A stretch of 63,981 nucleotides of DNA, filler included, from Reclinomonas americana ATCC 50394 (Eukaryota): NCBI GenBank assembly GCA_048213135.1. It is 14 parts of 14 records of this genome, joined end to end, with 100 filler letters (N's around TTAATTAATTAA, not from the genome) between each part and the next. Parts side by side here need not be neighbours in the genome. Positions count along the whole stretch, not along the records: positions 1 to 4,893 come from AFZH01022544.1; positions 4,994 to 6,749 come from AFZH01022545.1; positions 6,850 to 9,161 come from AFZH01022546.1; positions 9,262 to 16,893 come from AFZH01022547.1; 10 more parts are not named here. The stretch is one strand, 5' to 3'. The notes under the pieces were generated by a model, which saw only the letters and a list, made by a program, of their open reading frames with translations, ran no database searches and had not been told where the DNA came from. A program made the position numbers and the translations under genes. This document shows, piece by piece, positions 1-12,367 of the stretch (within the stretch, counting starts at the first letter, position 1; every line of letters starts with the position of its first letter).

Positions 1-3000
1 TGGAGCGCACAATCGTGCCCTCCTGAATGTCGGTGAGCTTGCAAATGTCGGCGAATGGCTGCGGGGGGACACACACACTGTCAGTCGACAAAAACAACAA
101 ACCATCCACAGGAGAAACACAAACCGTGCCCTTGGCCCACTCGTATGCCACCTCCATGAGTCCAAAGCGCAGCGACTCACGGGCATAATCCTCCGGATTG
201 GTGTCGACTGTCGCGAAGAGTGAGGCACTGTGATTTGCACTTGTCGCCATCCAACCAGTCACTCACCTCCGCATTCCTTCTGGATCTGACCGAGCACCTT
301 GGCCAAATCAATCAGACGGGCCTTGGCCTGCGCAATCATGTCATCGGCAGCAGCACACACACATCACATGCACCACGCCTTTGACGCACCTCCTGCAGCG
401 TCTCGGTCAGCGTCGGCTCGCCCGTCTCGCCCTTCTCCTGGCACACCAGGCACGACAACACAGAGGCGATCTCCGGCGGCTCCAGAGTCGTCAAGAAGTT
501 TTCAAAGATCATCTCTGTCAGGATGAGCTCCTCGGCCGTGTTAAGCTCGGCCGCCACTCGACCCTTAAGATGCACGATGCGATCCTGATCCACATAGTTC
601 ATGCGTTGCAGCAGTCGCACGCGGCACTCGAATTCCTGCATCACGAACAACAACTGTCAGAGCTCACATCCATGCAGAAAGGCAGACGCATACACATACA
701 CACACACCGGCATCAGCTGCAAGTTGGCGTCCGACAGAGCATGCTGGATCTGTCCAATCTTTTGCTGCAGCCGCTTGCGCTTGCTCATGCCCGTGTACTG
801 CTCCGGCAGCTTCGGGCACTGTGAACACTTGGAGGTGCGGAGGAGCGACGCCAGACTGTTGCGCTGCGTGAACAGCTCCGAAAAGTCCATGTCCGTGATC
901 TTGTAGTCCTGCATCGCACACACTCTCTCTCAACACCACCACCGATCTTCCACAGATAGACAGAGCGACATCCCCAGCCACTCACCTTGACGGGATGGAA
1001 TGCTGGCACACCCTCCTCACCGGCCTGCGCCCACATCTCCGCCAGTTCATTCGCCACACGCACAATGTCTGCTCGGCGCGGCTCAAAGTCCTCGCCCGAC
1101 GCGTGCTTGATGCGCTGCTTGGTGATCGACACGATGCTGGCAAACGGCAGTGCCTCCAGCAATCCGCGCTCTTCCGGCGGTCGGATTTGCACCGTGGAAT
1201 AGTGCGGCAGGCCGCACAGTGTCGGCTGCGGGGGTAGGGATGTCAGAGCACAGCAAGTGGAAAAAACAAACGGGTATCAAGACGCACCGCCAATAGGTCC
1301 ACGGGCTGGTACGGCCGCAGCCACACGGCGACAAACTTCTCAGGTGGCGCCGCCGACGATGACGGCAAACTCATGCCGGTGGATGACAGAGAGATGCCGG
1401 CAGCACGTGCGACGCGCGAGTGAAGGATGCAGGCCAGCGTGAGGCCACACTCCATTGAGCGCGCCACCACCACACGCCCCGGCGTCAACTGCTGCAGGGC
1501 GCTCTTGCCACGCAGCGCCGTCGCACGCAACTGCTCGTCCATGTTCACAAATGGCTGTGACACAAAAAAGGATGAGAAGAGAGAGCAGCTGTGGGGCGGG
1601 ATAGAGCTTCGTGGCGCGGACGCAACAGCATGCAGCTCGTAGAAATTGTCAATGTCGGGCTCGCCAAAGATGCAGTCCACGTCGCTCATGGTGTGCAAAA
1701 TCTCCTGTCCACGTCGCAAAATGTCTTGCGAGTCCGGTGCCAGGCGCTGCACGTGGAACTCGCCAAAGCTGCGCTTGATCATGTCCTCGACACGGAAGTC
1801 CTCCACACGCAGCAGGTTGAGAATCATGTTGTACGTGAGGCGGAACTGGCTCTCCAGCTTTTGCGCACGTCCGAGGATCATGCGCGTGATGGTGGCAGAC
1901 TCTGGTACCTGTAAGCGCGGTGAGCTCCGTGCATGAAGGCGGCATGCCCTTTTGCACGAAAAAAGACAAACCTCTGTCCAGCAGCCGATGATGACCGTGC
2001 CGACTGTGTCGAGTCCACGACGACCGGCACGACCACTCATCTGAATGTACTCGCCCGCTTGCAGATCGCGGTGCTGGCGACCGTCGTGTTTCCGCAGCGA
2101 GTTGAAGACGACAGTGCGCGTCGGCATGTTGACGCCCATGGCAAACGTCTCGGTGGCGTACAGCACCTTGACGAGGCCGCGCGAGAACAAAATCTCCACA
2201 ATCTCCTTGACAATCGGCAGCAGACCGGCGTGATGCACACCGAGGCCACGTCGCAGCAGGTCGCGCATGCGTACAATCTGCGGCAGCTCGCGGTCCGGCG
2301 CACGCAAGCGACTCACACTCGTGTCGATAATGTGAGTGATTTCGCTCTTCTCCGCTCCCGTCGTCAAATTGATAGCGGTCAGCGAGTTCGCAATGGCCTC
2401 GCATCGCTTGCGCGAAAACGTGAAGACGACCACCGGCATGAGCTCCCGCTTTTGCAAAAAGTTGACCATCTGTATCCACTCGTTGCTGCAGGTAACAAAA
2501 TCACGCAGCGGTAAGCACTGTGTGCCAAGCACAGCACAACAGACAACTCCCCGCGTAGCAATCACCGTTCAGTCTGCTCCTTGGCTGCGCCGCTGCCGGT
2601 GCGCAGAGCCGACGACTTGGCTTCACGGTCGTGGAAATACTTGCTGGCGTCGCGGTAGCCCTGCAGTTGGAACGCGCCGGCGTGGTCGACAACCTTGAAT
2701 GTTTGGCCCTTGACGTACAGGTAGTGTTCGAGAGGCACCGGTCGACGGTTGGTGCCCACCACGAAAATGTTCTTCTTCTTCGTGCGACCCACCCAGTCGG
2801 CAAACTGCAATGCAAGACGCAGAAACATGAGTCGCCATGCAAGGGGAGAAGGAAAGGAAGCTAGCCAGCGCACCTCAAATGCGTTGGGCACCGTGGCCGA
2901 GAGCATGACAATGTTAATGTGCGGCGGCAGCATGATAATGACCTCCTCCCACACGACGCCACGGTCCTGGTCGTTGACGTAGTGCACCTCGTCGAAAATG

Positions 3001-4893
3001 ACCCACTCGACGTCGCGCACCATGTCAGCGCCGCGGTACAGCATGGAGCGCAAAATCTCGGTCGTCATGATGACACAGGCTCCAGTCGGGTTGATCTGCA
3101 CGTCGCCCGTGAGAATGCCTGCACCGTTGTCGTCGTCGGCGAGAGATGTTAGATGTATGGACTGATGCGCGGCACATCAATGCAACCAAGGTACGCACCG
3201 ACATCGCCAAAGCGGTTCTTAAAGTCGCGGAACTTTTGGTTCGACAGCGTCTTGATGGGCGACGTGTAAATGGCCTTGGTCATGTGCTTCTGCGACAGCG
3301 CAATGGCGTACTCGGCGACCACCGTCTTGCCGGCCGATGTGTGCGCCGCCACAAACACCGACTCGCCGTTCTCCATGTGGTATACGGCCTCCTTCTGGAA
3401 CCAATCGAGCTCGAACGGGAACTCCATGGCCATGTTGGGCACCAGCGTGCGGAAGTGCGTCTGCGAGAGAGGGAGAAGGGGGGCGGTGAGGATGTAACAA
3501 AAAATGGGAGTCTTCCTCTGTTCTGCCTCACCATGTCCATGCGCTCCATGACGGCCCATGTCTTCCTCTCCGAGTCTTGCTTGCCGTCGCCCGACCCACC
3601 GCCGGCGATCGCGGCAGCCTTCTCGCGCATCTCTTGCTGGCGCTTGAGACGCGCCAAATCCGACACCTCCGTCACCGCGAAAATGTCGTCGATGGACACG
3701 CCGGCCGAGGGTGCTTCCCTGAAATCCAACACCTCCGCATCCTCTGGCAGCAGCGGTGCGGCTGCGGAGGCGCCTCCCGCGCGGCGTGAACCCGAGGCCA
3801 CCGACAGAGCACCGCTGGCCACGGCACGCGGTTGACGCACGGGCAGAGTGCGGGCGTCGAGTTCGGGGTCGCGAGGCGCCACAAAGCCAGGATCACGGAG
3901 GCCCAGTTCGATGAGTTCCTGCTCCGCGCCGCTGGCAAAAATCTGTGGGAAATCCCGTCAATGATTCAACAGAGAAGGGGGACGCCAAACGGGAAGCGCA
4001 CGCACATCATCCAACGTGATTTGCACGCTTTGCACTGCACAGGTTGCAAGCACAGTTGAGCGCCCATACACCATTACTTCACCCCTACATAAACACGCAT
4101 ACACGCAACCTGGCGGCTCGACAATATCCCCCCGCTTGCCAGGTGCCGGAACCGCGCCACTGCGAATGGCGTCGAGGTACTGGCGCAGCATGCTGGACTT
4201 GTTGGAACCGATAGACAACAACTCGGTGGTCGCCGGTGCCGCCGACCGCGCACTCAAGTCGATTCCCTCACTCCAACCATGCGGCGTGCTCAGCAGCGAC
4301 GCACCACCGCCATTCAACGCCTCGATAAACACACGCGCATCGGCAAGCTCCTGCTCCGTCGGCGGTGGCGGAGGCTCCTTGTCAATGCCGCCCGGCTGGA
4401 ACGGGCGAATGCCGCTGCCGCCCGTCACAAACGAGTCCAGCGAGCTGTACGGCCGGTGCAGCGACGACGCATCGTCCTTGTCGATCTCCACCTGAGCCAG
4501 CTGCATGTTCAAAACAGAAGAAGACGCAACGTTTTCGCGATGAGAGAGACAACACACCAGCTTGGGTCCACGCAGCTCGCCTGTGAGCTCATTGCGGTCG
4601 ACATCGATCTGCAGCAAGTGCGGCGTCGACTTGACCTTTAACAGTGTGTCGCTGTGCATGGGTAGTCAGCAGCAGCACAAGAGAGACAAGAGAGAGGCCA
4701 ACTCAACAGCGCCAAATCGCGCGGAATGGCCGGCTGATAGCTGTTCCCCGCGGGAAACATCACCGGGCTCAACACATCACGCAAGTGCGCCACCGGCAAC
4801 ACACTCTCACACAGTTGCGTGGTCAGGTCCTCACTCACAGCAAACTCAGGCTCATGCTGCGACCAAAACACAATCAACACAATGCACACACAC
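1..4893 (-). CDS. SKI2: SKI2/SKIV2L DExH-box RNA helicase (multi-exon; both ends incomplete)
   Basis: Spliced exons give [69 protein letters not shown] and DSHCT-like [13 protein letters not shown]. The N-terminal RNELTGEL...[15 protein letters not shown] segment fits Ski2 rather than Mtr4. Introns checked are GT-AG. Confidence 0.93.
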
Positions 4894-4993
4894 NNNNNNN
4901 NNNNNNNNNNNNNNNNNNNNNNNNNNNNNNNNNNNNNTTAATTAATTAANNNNNNNNNNNNNNNNNNNNNNNNNNNNNNNNNNNNNNNNNNNN
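4894..4993. other. Artificial gap linker (44 N + TTAATTAATTAA + 44 N); first of 13
   Basis: The same 100-nt six-frame-stop linker occurs at 6750, 9162, 16894, 20827, 23427, 26296, 34395, 46184, 47317, 48493, 60128 and 62725. Confidence 0.98.
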
Positions 4994-5676
4994 GATATGC
5001 CAGTCGTGCGGGTGTGCGATGCGTGGCGGTCAGTCCCGACTGTCGATTTGTGGTCAGTGGTGGAGGTGGTGGCTGTGTGGCGGTGCACTCGCTGGTCGAT
5101 GGCGAGGTGCGGTGGTTTGAGGGGCACACGGACACGGTGCGATCGGTGGCGGTGACTCGCGATGGGCGGTTCGTGGTGAGCGGAGGCAGCGATTGCACGG
5201 TGCGAGTGTGGTCGGTGGCGAGTGGGCGGCTGGAGCGGCTGTTCGCGCGGCACACGGATGGCGTGCGATCGGTGGCGATCTCGGCCGATGGGCATCACGT
5301 GTTGAGTAGCAGTCGGAGCAAGACGACGCGATTGTGGGCGTTGGCGACGGGCGAGGAGGTGGAGTGCTTGGTGGATCGGCAGCAGCCGTGGCCGGTCGCG
5401 TGTACCGCCGATGGACACTTTGTGGTGGTGGGTGCGACCGATGGCGGGTTGCATGTGTGGGCGACGCCGCTTGAGTTGATGCAGCGTGAGGTGGCGGCCG
5501 TGCAGTGTGCGTTGCTCGAGGTGCAGTCGATGCTTGACGACACTGACGATGACAACGTGTGGTGTCTGCCCGAGATTGTGCTGCGGTGCTTCTTGGCGGA
5601 GGATGCACGACTCCGGTACCTGCGCGCCGAAGTCGACCTAGAGATGCAACGCAATGAACCAGTGACTATTCTCTAA
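4994..5676 (+). CDS. WD40-repeat protein with shared C-terminal motif (5' end in gap)
   Basis: GHTDTVRSVAVT...SGGSDCTVRVW-type repeats (about 4), followed by the tail ATPLELMQREV...WCLPEIVLRCFL; stop TAA at 5674-5676. Confidence 0.88.
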
Positions 5677-5796
5677 GCGTGAGTAACAACAAACAACGAA
5701 GCGGCCTTGCATTTTGCTTAATCAGCATTACAGATGAGCATATTACAGCGAGCGCATGCACAACCTATTGCACCGAGATAACACGTCCCGCCAATA

Positions 5797-6704
5797 CTAT
5801 GCGGGTACTTCATCCATCATGCGCGTTATCCGCTGAACGATCTCGTGGAAGTCGGGTCGTCGGTCGGGTTGCGATGCAATGCAGTCTTGCACGAGACGCG
5901 GGAATGCCGGATGAATTGAGGCGCCGGCTCCCGGTGGCAACTCCAGCCGCACCTGTGAACGCCGGTGGTGAGCAACAGCAATGGCCTCAGCACAAAAAGC
6001 GGAAGAGAGACGCAACATTCTGGCGGACCATGGCCACCAACAGCTGAATTGGTTCGTACGAATCAAACGGTCGCAGCTTGGTGGCCAGCTCCCACAACAC
6101 TGATTTTTGACAAGGCGTGAGTGGCAGCCAGTAAGCAAGTGCGAGGCATGAACACACGCACCGACGCCATACGAATACACGTCTGCTTTTTCTGAATATC
6201 TCCGACCACGCAGCACCTCGGGTGCCATCCATTGCGGCTGGCACACACACAGCTCTTGTGAGCAACATGTAGATGCACACACAATACACAACACAACACT
6301 CACCGTCCCGATCGATGATGTCATGGTGCTGGAGGCCTTGACTCGTGACAAACCAAAGTCGGCAATCTTCACACTCCAGTCCTCGCCCAGCAGCAAGTTG
6401 CCGGACTTGAAATCGCGATGCAGGATGGGTGGATCATGCGTGTGCAGGCAGAAGAGTCCCTTGGCGGCACCGAGGGCGATGCGCAGCGCCACACGCGGTG
6501 TGATCAGCGATGGTGTGCCGGTGCCCGGGTCGAGCACGTCAAAGAGCGAGCCTCTGCGTGAAATACGTGGGCGGTGAGGATAAACGAAAAAGAAAGAATG
6601 TCGACTGACTGCGTACCGTTTCATGTATTCAGTCACCATGGCGGGGTATCGCGATTCTTGGCACATGCCCATGATGAGGAGGATATTGGGGTGGCGGAGG
6701 GCCC
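5797..6704 (-). CDS. TKL-group (Raf/CTR1-like) protein kinase, C-terminal part
   Basis: LRHPNILLIMG, HRDFKSGNLLL, KIADFGLSR, GT|PQWMAPE, EKADVYSYG, RRPDF. The start of the N-lobe lies in the gap. Confidence 0.9.
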
Positions 6705-6849
6705 TGGTGGTGCATTCAGGTTAGCAAAGCACAGAAGGGGGAAGAGCGANNNNNNNNNNNNNNNNNNNNNNNNNNNNNNNNNNNNNNNNNNNNTTAATTA
6801 ATTAANNNNNNNNNNNNNNNNNNNNNNNNNNNNNNNNNNNNNNNNNNNN

Positions 6850-7914
6850 CTCCATATTAACAGAAACCTTCATCATATCGCCAATCATGAGCAGGGTGAA
6901 GCACGCGGTGAGGTAGGCGCACAGCATGATCTCCGGCCGCCGCCCATCCTTGATCTTGATCGTATACAACAACGCCATGGCAGTGACCACCGTGGCAATC
7001 GAGTCATACACCGCCCAGTACACCATGTTGACATAGTCGAGACAGTCGAGCAGATCCTCCAACCAGAAGAGCAGGAGGCCCGACACGAGAAAGCCGAGCG
7101 TGCCCATGCACGTGGCCCACATGAAGGGGTGTCGCGAGGTGCGTTTCGCCACCAGCAATGTAAGCATGTAGATTACGATAAACGACTGTCCTCCGGCATC
7201 AATCACCGCCACAGAGCCAATGGCCAACACATCGTGCTTGTCGGCGTCCACGAAAATGTTGCGAATGAACGAGGCCGTGTAGAAAATGCACACTCCCAAT
7301 AAGAACAGATGATGCGAGGGTAATAGAACGCGGAACGAGCTGCGTTGTCGCGCTTGACTGTCGCAAGAGTGAGCATTGAGAAGAGTGTGTGTGTGTGTTC
7401 GCGAATGAATCTTTCATGTTACCTGTGATTGAGCGCGAGTTTGCCCAGCAACACAATCAGCGAGATGACAATGACGCAGGAGAGCGCAAAGGTGTACGCT
7501 GGTGCGTGTAACACAAGCCCCGACGAGTACAGCTGTGCGCGCGTGTGTGAAAAGAGCGTGAGATGGCGGATGACACTCACTTTTTTTGTGACGCGCACAC
7601 CTTTTGGCACAGGCCCGGCAACGTGGTGCCGATCCAACACCGCTGCATGACGGCGTGGAAAGAAGACGAGCGGGCGAGTGAGGCGCGCGCACCGATTGTG
7701 TCTGATTATGGGGAATGCGTCTGGGACAACCTAAGCATTGATACGCCTGAGACAGGTTAACATTTCCGTGACGTAACAAAACAACTCCTTTCTCTCGCAA
7801 CAGAACAGGTGAGTGATGCAGTCTTCTCTGTGTCTGTGTGTGTGTGTGTGTGTGCGTGTGTGTGCGTGTGTGGAGAGAGAGTGAGAGTGTCCGCTTGAAG
7901 ATGCATCGCATCGC
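6850..7914 (-). CDS. Multipass membrane protein (about 6 hydrophobic helices; 3' end in gap; start uncertain)
   Basis: In-phase exons NQTQS|RCWIGTTLPGLCQK|LYSSG...LIVLLGK, then an open frame with hydrophobic helices (LGVCIFYTASFI, FIVIYMLTLLV, LGFLVSGLLLFW, IATVVTAMALLY, IMLCAYLTACFTLL). Confidence 0.65.
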
Positions 7915-8096
7915 TGGGGAAAAGATGCTGCGTTGGTGCGAGGATCTTTTTCCTTTCACACTCAAGCAGCGAGAGAGCGCAACACACACATACACACGCA
8001 CAAATGAGCGCAGAGAGAAAACCCATTGGTCTGTGCATGAGTGTGTGAGACAGAGTGCGCGACATGCTCACTCACTCTCTCTCTTTCTCTGTAGAT

Positions 8097-9161
8097 ATGT
8101 CACGATCGGCGGTGGTGATTGACTACGAGGAGCTGGCGAATCCCGACGCGGATCTGTCGGATCAGCTGGAGATGGCGGTGGGTCCGCACGGACTCGGTCT
8201 GGTGCTCATTCGCGGAGTGCCGACGTTCCCCGAGAAGCGCGCGCGTCTCCTCCCGCTGGCCTACAAGTTCGCCAATCTGCCCGAGAGCGTGCGCGCCAAG
8301 TACGAGAACGCAGAGTCGCGCTACAATGTCGGCTGGAGTCATGGCAAGGAGGCGGTGGAGAATGGGAAGCTTGGTGCGTCGTGGTCGTGTCGACATTGAA
8401 GATGCGGAGATGCTCATGTGTTTTTTGTTTGTGTAAAAAGACTTTGGCAAGGGCTCGTACTACGCGAATCCGGTGACGGATGCGCCCACGGATGATCCCG
8501 AGCGCATCAAGGCCATGCCGGAGATCTTGGCGCCGAACATTTGGCCGCGCGACGACATGCCGGAGCTGGAGCCGGCGTTCAAGGACCTCTCGCGGCTCAT
8601 TGTCGACACGGCGGTGCTGTTGGCTCGCCAGTGCGACAAGTATGGTGCGTGCGTTTTTTTTTTCTGCAAAGTTGCGCTCCTTGATTGCTGATCGACTGGT
8701 GTGGTGACAGTGCATCGCGTGCTGCCGTCGTACGGACCCGACAAGCTCGGTCGCATCATCGGCACCTCGCAGGAGATGAAGGCACGCCTGCTCTACTACT
8801 ACCCACCCGGCGAAACCCCCATCGATGCCGACGATCCATCGAGCTGGTGCGGCTGGCACCACGACCAGTTGCGTTTCGTCGTCTGCGATTCTTTCCTTGC
8901 CTCATTCCCCACTCACTTTCTCCTCCCCCCACACACACAGCGGCTCCATCACGGGCCTCTGCAGTGCCATGTTCTTCGACGGTGAGGGCAACCAGGTCCC
9001 GTGCCCCGATCCCAAGGCCGGCCTGTACGTCCGCAACCGCGCCGGTGAGACCATCAAGGTCAGCATCCCGGTCGACCATCTGGCGTACCAGATTGGCGAG
9101 GCGGCCATGGTCCACACGGGCGGCCGCCTGATCGCCACACCACACTGCGTCAAGTCGGTGG
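8097..9161 (+). CDS. 2-oxoglutarate/Fe(II) oxygenase (IPNS/DIOX-like), 3' end in gap
   Basis: GLGLVLIRGVP, YNVGWSHGKE, NIWP, RLLYY, WCGWHHD|GSITGL (HxD), AGLYV, YQIGE, ATPHCV. Confidence 0.88.
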
Positions 9162-9261
9162 NNNNNNNNNNNNNNNNNNNNNNNNNNNNNNNNNNNNNNN
9201 NNNNNTTAATTAATTAANNNNNNNNNNNNNNNNNNNNNNNNNNNNNNNNNNNNNNNNNNNN

Positions 9262-9980
9262 GAAGGGGGATGGATGGATCATGACAACTCACCGCCCCGA
9301 TAAACAGATTGCTTCCTGGTGCACCCCCCGCCCCAAACCGAGAACGAGCCGACATGGCACTCTTAATCGGCTTGTCGCCCTTGTCACCACCTGGCCCTCT
9401 TGCGCTGCCCTGCGGCTGCACCGAGCGTGGCGACACGCCCGTCTGTGACACATTACTCTGATTCGAGCCTCTCCGCTGCAGACGACGCGCTGCAATCGAC
9501 GACAATGGTGGCACTCCTTCGGGTCTGGGCTTCTTCGCACCACCACCCTCTCCATAGTCCGAGTCGCAGTCCGAGTTCACCTCATCGTCCGACGACGAGT
9601 CGGAATTCACGTCGGCCTCTGCTGCTGAGCACACCACCACCAGTCAGTCGCGTGAGTGAAGGGAGAGAGAGGGGGGGGGGAGGAGACACACACCTGCGGG
9701 TTCTGGTGGTGCTCCGTTCTTGGCCTCCCACGCCTGCAGCTGGATAGGGTTTCCGTTTTCGTCAAATACCTGCGCGTATGCGTGCCCAGCACGAGTTCAG
9801 CCACGGAGGGAAACGCACACGCGGGAGCGGGAGCGGGAGAGAGAAAGGAGGAGGGGAAAAAGAGATGACGATTCACACCTCTTCCATCAACAACGTGTCT
9901 GTCTTTTCGTCGCCTGTCTTGAGCGGCTGGAACCGCCGTAATGGTGCCACAGCCGCTGCCTTGCTTCCTCCACAACCCAT
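9262..9980 (-). CDS. Hypothetical protein with an MGCGGSK dual-acylation N-terminus (3' end in gap)
   Basis: ATG at 9980 gives MGCGGSKAAAVAP...LLMEE|VFDENGNP, then acidic and low-complexity exons; G2/C3/S6/K7 fits myristoylation plus palmitoylation. Confidence 0.6.
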
Positions 9981-10516
9981 TCCTGCTGTCTGCTTGCCTT
10001 GCTTGCTTCCTGTTGTGTGGTCGTCGTCCCGCACAGAGGCACACGTGCACAGAAAAAGAAAGAAGCAGTGCGGTTGACTCTTCCTCTCTCCACAAACTCC
10101 TCAAATCGCGAGAAAGAGAAACGCCCTCCCTTACAACGATACACACGCGCGCACACAGGAGCGTGTGTGTGTCTAATGTATAGGTGTGTGAGTGAGTGTG
10201 TGAGAGTGTGTTCAGCGACGCTTCCTTTGCGTTGAAGAAACGGAAATCGAGGCACGCTTAAAAACCAACCAAAAAAACCGATTTTTCGGTCCGTTGGAAA
10301 ACTCTGTCGCCACACGAACGTCTCCGTGCACGTGCGTGCTCACAAGCAAGAAGCGTGTGTGTGCGTGTGTGCGCGTACATGCACAGGTGACGGGGCGACG
10401 AACTGCAGGAGAGGAAAAACCAAGGCCACTGCGTCCACACGACCAAGAATTGCCAAGAGGATTGGCTGCCAGGCTTCGCATTGGTTTACGTATGACCAAA
10501 AGCGGTCACATGAGTT

Positions 10517-12232
10517 TTAACGTTCATTCGTCGCCGCTAGTTGTTTCCGCACTTCTTTGACGGCACGAGCCGACAGTCGTTGGAGAAGGCTCGGAGGACC
10601 GCGGTGGATCAATTGCAGGAGACGATCGACTTCCTGCACCGTGTGTTGTGCGATATCGATATTGGCAACATTGGTCTTCGCTGCCGAGGACCGTTGGCGA
10701 AGTGCGTATTCGACGGCCTCCACACGAACGACGGCGTTGTTGCAGAGTGGGCACTTGCCGGCACGATGTGTGTTCTCCAGTGCCTCCAGGCACTCTCGGC
10801 AGAACCCGTGGCCGCACGGAATCAGGCGGTGCGACGGCGCCACGAAATCGAGCAGATCCGTGTCGTCGTGGGCATCCATGCTCGAGTCGGGTCCCATGCA
10901 AATGAGACACTGGCGGTTGGTGTGCGCGCTGATTTGTACAGGAGGGGCGCCGGCGGCGAGAGTGGACGCCCGTCGTCGCAGCTCCGAGGCCAGCTGCAGT
11001 CGCTGTTCGACATTGAGTCGCTTCCGAAGTGCGCCCGTTGGCAAGGTGAGGTACTCGGCGAGTTGCAGTGCTGCGCAAGTGGTCGGAGTGCGGTCAGCAT
11101 GGGAGAAGCCGGAGGGAGAACGCATTGCATTGAAAAAATACTGGGCGCACTTGTGGAGGCTCCAGTGTACAGTATCGGCCTCGGTGGTGGGGGCGGAGGC
11201 GGTGCAATCGGCTCTGGTGGTGGCATGCGAAGCTCTACTCGGCCTAGAAGTCGCTGGCCGATGGCGCGACCCCATTCCCACAATATTCCACCGGCGATGA
11301 CACCGGCGGCCACACATTCGATAAAGGCGCCCACCAGCAACGCTCGGAATGCCCATATGTGCGTGGCGTCGGTACTGCCGATATCGACGTAGCCACGGTA
11401 GACAAACAGCCAGAGTGCGGTTGCACTGAGGGAGACCCCGGAAGTGCTGAGAGTGGCCAGCCAGAACGGCAGCGCCTGACCACCGCCTCGCACGAGCAGC
11501 ACGAACACGAGCAGGCCCGTTGTGTTTGGCAGAACACCACAGAACAGGCGTCCTCCAAAGGCGGAGACGCCCAGCTGACTGTCGAGTTGTATCAGCAGCG
11601 AGATCGACGCGCTGATCGCCCACACGGTCCACACGCTGTAGACTTGCAGCAGGCTGTCCGGGTCTGCAGAAGGCCTGGTTTCCTCTTTGGAGTGCACGCA
11701 CGACAAAGAGGGAGAGGCACAGTGAGCAATCTGCACCGCTCAGTCAGGAAGAAGCATCGTGAGCGCGCGCGCGCGCACCATTGTGTCCGTTTCGACGAGG
11801 AAACGACGGTTGCCAGCGATCGAAAGCGGCCATCAGCAGCATGGCCAAAATGCCCACGGTCGACCACAGCACCCGGTGTCTGAGCTGATCCATCTCCACC
11901 GTACTTCGGCAGTGTTCTGCACCGCGATTGCCGACGCGTTCGAGATAGCGGCGACTGATTTCCTCCCTCGACCATTCGTAAAGGCGACACAGGTACTGCA
12001 AGGGGACGTCAGATGAACGTCTGTTCGCGATCGCCTGTGTTTGTGTGGGTGTTCCACTCACCGACATGAGCGCCAACCATGTGCCGTAGGCGAGGATCGC
12101 GCACGCTGCCATCGAGAACGACCACTTGTCGAACCGAAGCACTCCGAGGCGAGCGGCAAGCCAGAAGCCGACGGCGTCAAAGAGCCACTGAGTGCCCGTC
12201 GGAAGGCGTCGGAGACAGTAGTGGTACCACAT
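10517..12232 (-). CDS. Multipass membrane protein with C-terminal C3HC4 RING (putative E3 ligase)
   Basis: Several TM-like segments, then CLIC...PCGHGFCREC...CPLC. Confidence 0.75.
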
Positions 12233-12367
12233 AATGGGGTGCTGGTGTCCGCGCGCTGATCAGAGTGAGAGAGACTGTGAAACGCGCCAAAGGATCGTTT
12301 CGGTGTTGTCAGTCCATGCCGGATCCCGCTTCAAAATATCCTGTCAAGCGTGACTTTATTCGCATCG

